A stretch of 64,000 nucleotides of DNA from Strigamia acuminata. Lineage: Eukaryota. This document shows positions 61,572 to 64,000 of this stretch, in pieces (the stretch's first letter is position 1; each line of letters begins with the position of its first letter). Both the position numbers and the translations under genes were made by a program. The DNA lies in contig OX442314.1 of assembly GCA_949358305.1 (NCBI GenBank), positions 4,092,001 through 4,156,000 on the forward strand, given 5' to 3'. Below the pieces are notes generated by a model. It made no database searches. It saw only the letters and a list, made by a program, of their open reading frames with translations, and was not told where the DNA came from.

Positions 61572-64000
61572 GTCAGTTCTTCGAATTTGGCTGTTAGCTT
61601 TTCTAACAATGCGTCGTTTTTGGCGGCTTCCTTCTCTTCCTTCCTCTTCTTTCGTTTTGGGCAATCTCTTCTCCAGTGTCCCACCTCGTTACAGTAATTA
61701 CAAGGTTTTGTGGTGGAGTTATCTGTTTTCGGGTACGGTCGTCTCACGAACTCTTTTTTCTCGTAGGGTTTTTCGCTTTTTGGGTTGTGGTGCTCCGTTT
61801 TATTCGCGGTCTTCATTCGGGGTCGGTAGCTGGGGGCGATTTCTTTCCCCATGTTAGCGTGGAGAATCTCTTCTTCTTGTTGGCTATCGCTGGTATCTCC
61901 TCCTGAGTTTTGCTCGGAGTTGTTTTCTTCACTTTCCCTCCCTTCTTCGAGATTAGTTGCGTCGGAGTTTGTACTGGCTTTGTAAGCTTTTGGAGCCGGT
62001 ATCGGGTTCGAGGTGGCTTTATCGTTCGCCTTTTTCGGAGGTGCGGCCTCGATTTCCCCGTTCAGGAAGCTACGCGACTGGATCAGTCTCCCTGCGTCAT
62101 GATTTTTCGCATGGATACGCTGTATGCGGAGTTGCGTTTGTGTCCTCTGTTCGGGCGTCAGGGCCTCCGTATAACGATCGTCTACTTCTTCGTGATAGTC
62201 ATTTACAAATTTTAGCAGCTGTTCGAAACTATCTGCTGTGGGAGCGTTCATATCTCTCAGTACTTTCTTTGAGGTGTCGTTTAACCCTTTTTCGAAAATC
62301 ACGTTTTGCGCATATTCGTCGAGTGGCGTATCCAACTCGTTGAACAAACTTTTCGCTCGTCGGAAATAGGCTCGTAATTCTTCTCCTGCGGCTTGTAGCA
62401 TGAGACTGACTCTCTGTCTAATTTCTTTTTGGGTCTCGCCGTACTGACTGTTGAAAGCGACGACAAACTGTTCCCAAGTTTTTAATTTTGCTTCCACATA
62501 CCAGGCTCTGGCTTCCCCTACTAACATTTCGGGTAGCCCTTTTGTTACCATCTCGTCGGGTTCGGCTCCGAGTCGTGAAATGGTGAGTGCCACTTCGTCT
62601 AAGAATTTATTGCCGGCCCTCCAGGTTCCGTCGAATCTCATCAGTCGCAACTGTGACCATTTTATGTTTCGGTCCTTTTGTTCTAAGGCCCATTGATCGG
62701 CGGAATATTTTCGAAGAAGGCTCTCGTTTTGTCTTGGGCGATTTCTCAGATTTCGATTTTGGTTGACCTGGGAGTCGGCGCGTGCTCGTTCCTCGAGTGC
62801 TCTTAATCTAGCTTCCATTATGGGATCGGCTTGGTATTGATTCCCACAGTTCGGGGACGTAGCTCCATTTTGTGGCGCAAATCGTTGGAAATTACCGTTG
62901 GTTGAGTTCGGGTCGGTCAAGGTCGGTGTTGTCGAGTTTGGTTGCGACTCGGTCAGTTGTGTTCCGGGGGGGAAAATTCCGTTTATGGCTGTTCCATTTA
63001 GGACCCCGTTCTTCTGTCCGATCAAAATGGTCGACCCTCTCCCGCTGTAAAGTTGTGTCTTTAGTCTTGCGGCTTCTCGGTCGACTTCGTTGGCGGCTTG
63101 TATTTTAATTCTTTCCGCCTCGTTTGCTGCTTCGACGTTGGCTTGTACCGTCTGGATATCTTCGAGGCTTGGCATTGCCAACCTGTTCCGTCCTTGCTGG
63201 TTTCTGAGGTGGTTTCGCTGATTTATCAGTCTAATCATCTCTGCGTTAGGATCCTTTGGGGTTTGACTGGTGTGGCCAGCTCTCGTAGCAAAGGATTGGG
63301 CGATTGCCCACGACTGTTGACCCTTATTATTTCGACGGTCCTGCTGGAAGGCTTCCAGGAATTCGTTCTGGATTTCGACTGGCTCGTCCACTATACTATC
63401 CCATCCTTGAACGTTGATTCCTTTCGAGCTGAGGGAATCGGCCTCGCTTTCGTCGTCGGCGTCGGATGTTCGGGTGGAATCATAGGAGTCCGTCGTTTGG
63501 TTATTCGTTTTTTGACGTTTTACGTTTTTTCGACCTCTTCTAAGGGCTCGTTTTTCCGCTCGCTTTTTGGCAAGACGAATGATCATGTTCATCTGTGCTA
63601 GCGGGTCCCCTTCTTCGTTGTAAGGGATTCCCTCCAGTCGAGCGAGTTCGTACGCTTCTTTACAGCTATCGATCTGGGATTTCTTCGAATTATAACCGTG
63701 TGTGATCGTGACACGATTACTCTGGCGATTATCCCGATTGTCGAATAGGTTATACCCGTTCTGACTTTGTCCGGATTCTTCCTCCTCTTCTTCGACTTCT
63801 TCTTCGATTCGCTGATTTATCGGCGTTTTATTGGTTGGGTTTTTGCTAGCGGGTACTTTACTAGCCGGCGTTTTTCCGGTCGGCACATTCTCGGGTGGTT
63901 TTTCCGCGTGGTTTTCGTTGACTGGTGTCTTTCCAGTCGCCTTTTCCCTCGTCGGCTCCGGTGGCTGCTTTTCTAACGCTGGACTAGCTAATGTTTCGGC
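61538..64000 (-). CDS. gag: Gag (>782 aa, open beyond the window end)
   Basis: FDG...FL...L.GEARAWY...TWEQFVVAF..QYG...Q..GEELRAYF.R capsid-like motif; CNYCNEVGHWRRDC knuckle. Confidence 0.9.
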   Translation of the reverse strand, partial: AETLASPALEKQPPEPTREKATGKTPVNENHAEKPPENVPTGKTPASKVPASKNPTNKTPINQRIEEEVEEEEEESGQSQNGYNLFDNRDNRQSNRVTITHGYNSKKSQIDSCKEAYELARLEGIPYNEEGDPLAQMNMIIRLAKKRAEKRALRRGRKNVKRQKTNNQTTDSYDSTRTSDADDESEADSLSSKGINVQGWDSIVDEPVEIQNEFLEAFQQDRRNNKGQQSWAIAQSFATRAGHTSQTPKDPNAEMIRLINQRNHLRNQQGRNRLAMPSLEDIQTVQANVEAANEAERIKIQAANEVDREAARLKTQLYSGRGSTILIGQKNGVLNGTAINGIFPPGTQLTESQPNSTTPTLTDPNSTNGNFQRFAPQNGATSPNCGNQYQADPIMEARLRALEERARADSQVNQNRNLRNRPRQNESLLRKYSADQWALEQKDRNIKWSQLRLMRFDGTWRAGNKFLDEVALTISRLGAEPDEMVTKGLPEMLVGEARAWYVEAKLKTWEQFVVAFNSQYGETQKEIRQRVSLMLQAAGEELRAYFRRAKSLFNELDTPLDEYAQNVIFEKGLNDTSKKVLRDMNAPTADSFEQLLKFVNDYHEEVDDRYTEALTPEQRTQTQLRIQRIHAKNHDAGRLIQSRSFLNGEIEAAPPKKANDKATSNPIPAPKAYKASTNSDATNLEEGRESEENNSEQNSGGDTSDSQQEEEILHANMGKEIAPSYRPRMKTANKTEHHNPKSEKPYEKKEFVRRPYPKTDNSTTKPCNYCNEVGHWRRDCPKRKKRKEEKEAAKNDALLEKLTAKFEELTKNWLKQTEKK

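Larger units (their letters stand above)
53386..64000 (-). mobile_element. Ty3/Gypsy LTR retrotransposon, 5' end outside the window; 3' LTR about 53995-53386
   Basis: gag-pol in PR-RT-RH-INT order; PPT GAGGAGGGGA then TGTGGTGACC at 53995. Distal LTR end inferred from the imperfect IR TGTCGTAACC at 53386 and is uncertain. Confidence 0.93.

Overview
AT-rich, intron-containing animal genomic DNA (invertebrate-like; species not identifiable from this window). From the left, housekeeping genes are densely packed: the 3' part of a mitochondrial ribosomal S18a-like gene (+), ESF1 (-) and a TMX1-like thioredoxin (-). They are followed by three same-strand RNF216/TRIAD3-like RBR E3 ligase paralogues: A (9.6-18.2 kb, intact), B (18.9-25.2 kb, intact, with an Asn/Tyr-rich repeat) and C (44.7-52.1 kb). 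Copy C has a 23x72-bp coding repeat and has lost its IBR and catalytic RING2 sequence. Between B and C lies about 19 kb of nested mobile DNA: a Tc1 remnant, a solo LTR, a young pol-less LTR element (2-kb LTRs, tRNA-Gln PBS, one zinc-knuckle ORF), a foldback element, palindromic MITEs carrying tRNA-Ser pseudogenes, a four-level nested insertion, a 1.15-kb palindrome and two orphan RING ORFs. The right end holds a Ty3/Gypsy element with open ORFs (-): gag, -1 frameshifted pol, and an apparently spliced, non-env ~900-aa third ORF. Most long host introns are filled with minisatellites whose units are close to multiples of 10 bp. All gene models were assembled by hand from GT-AG and reading-frame logic; no database searches were run.
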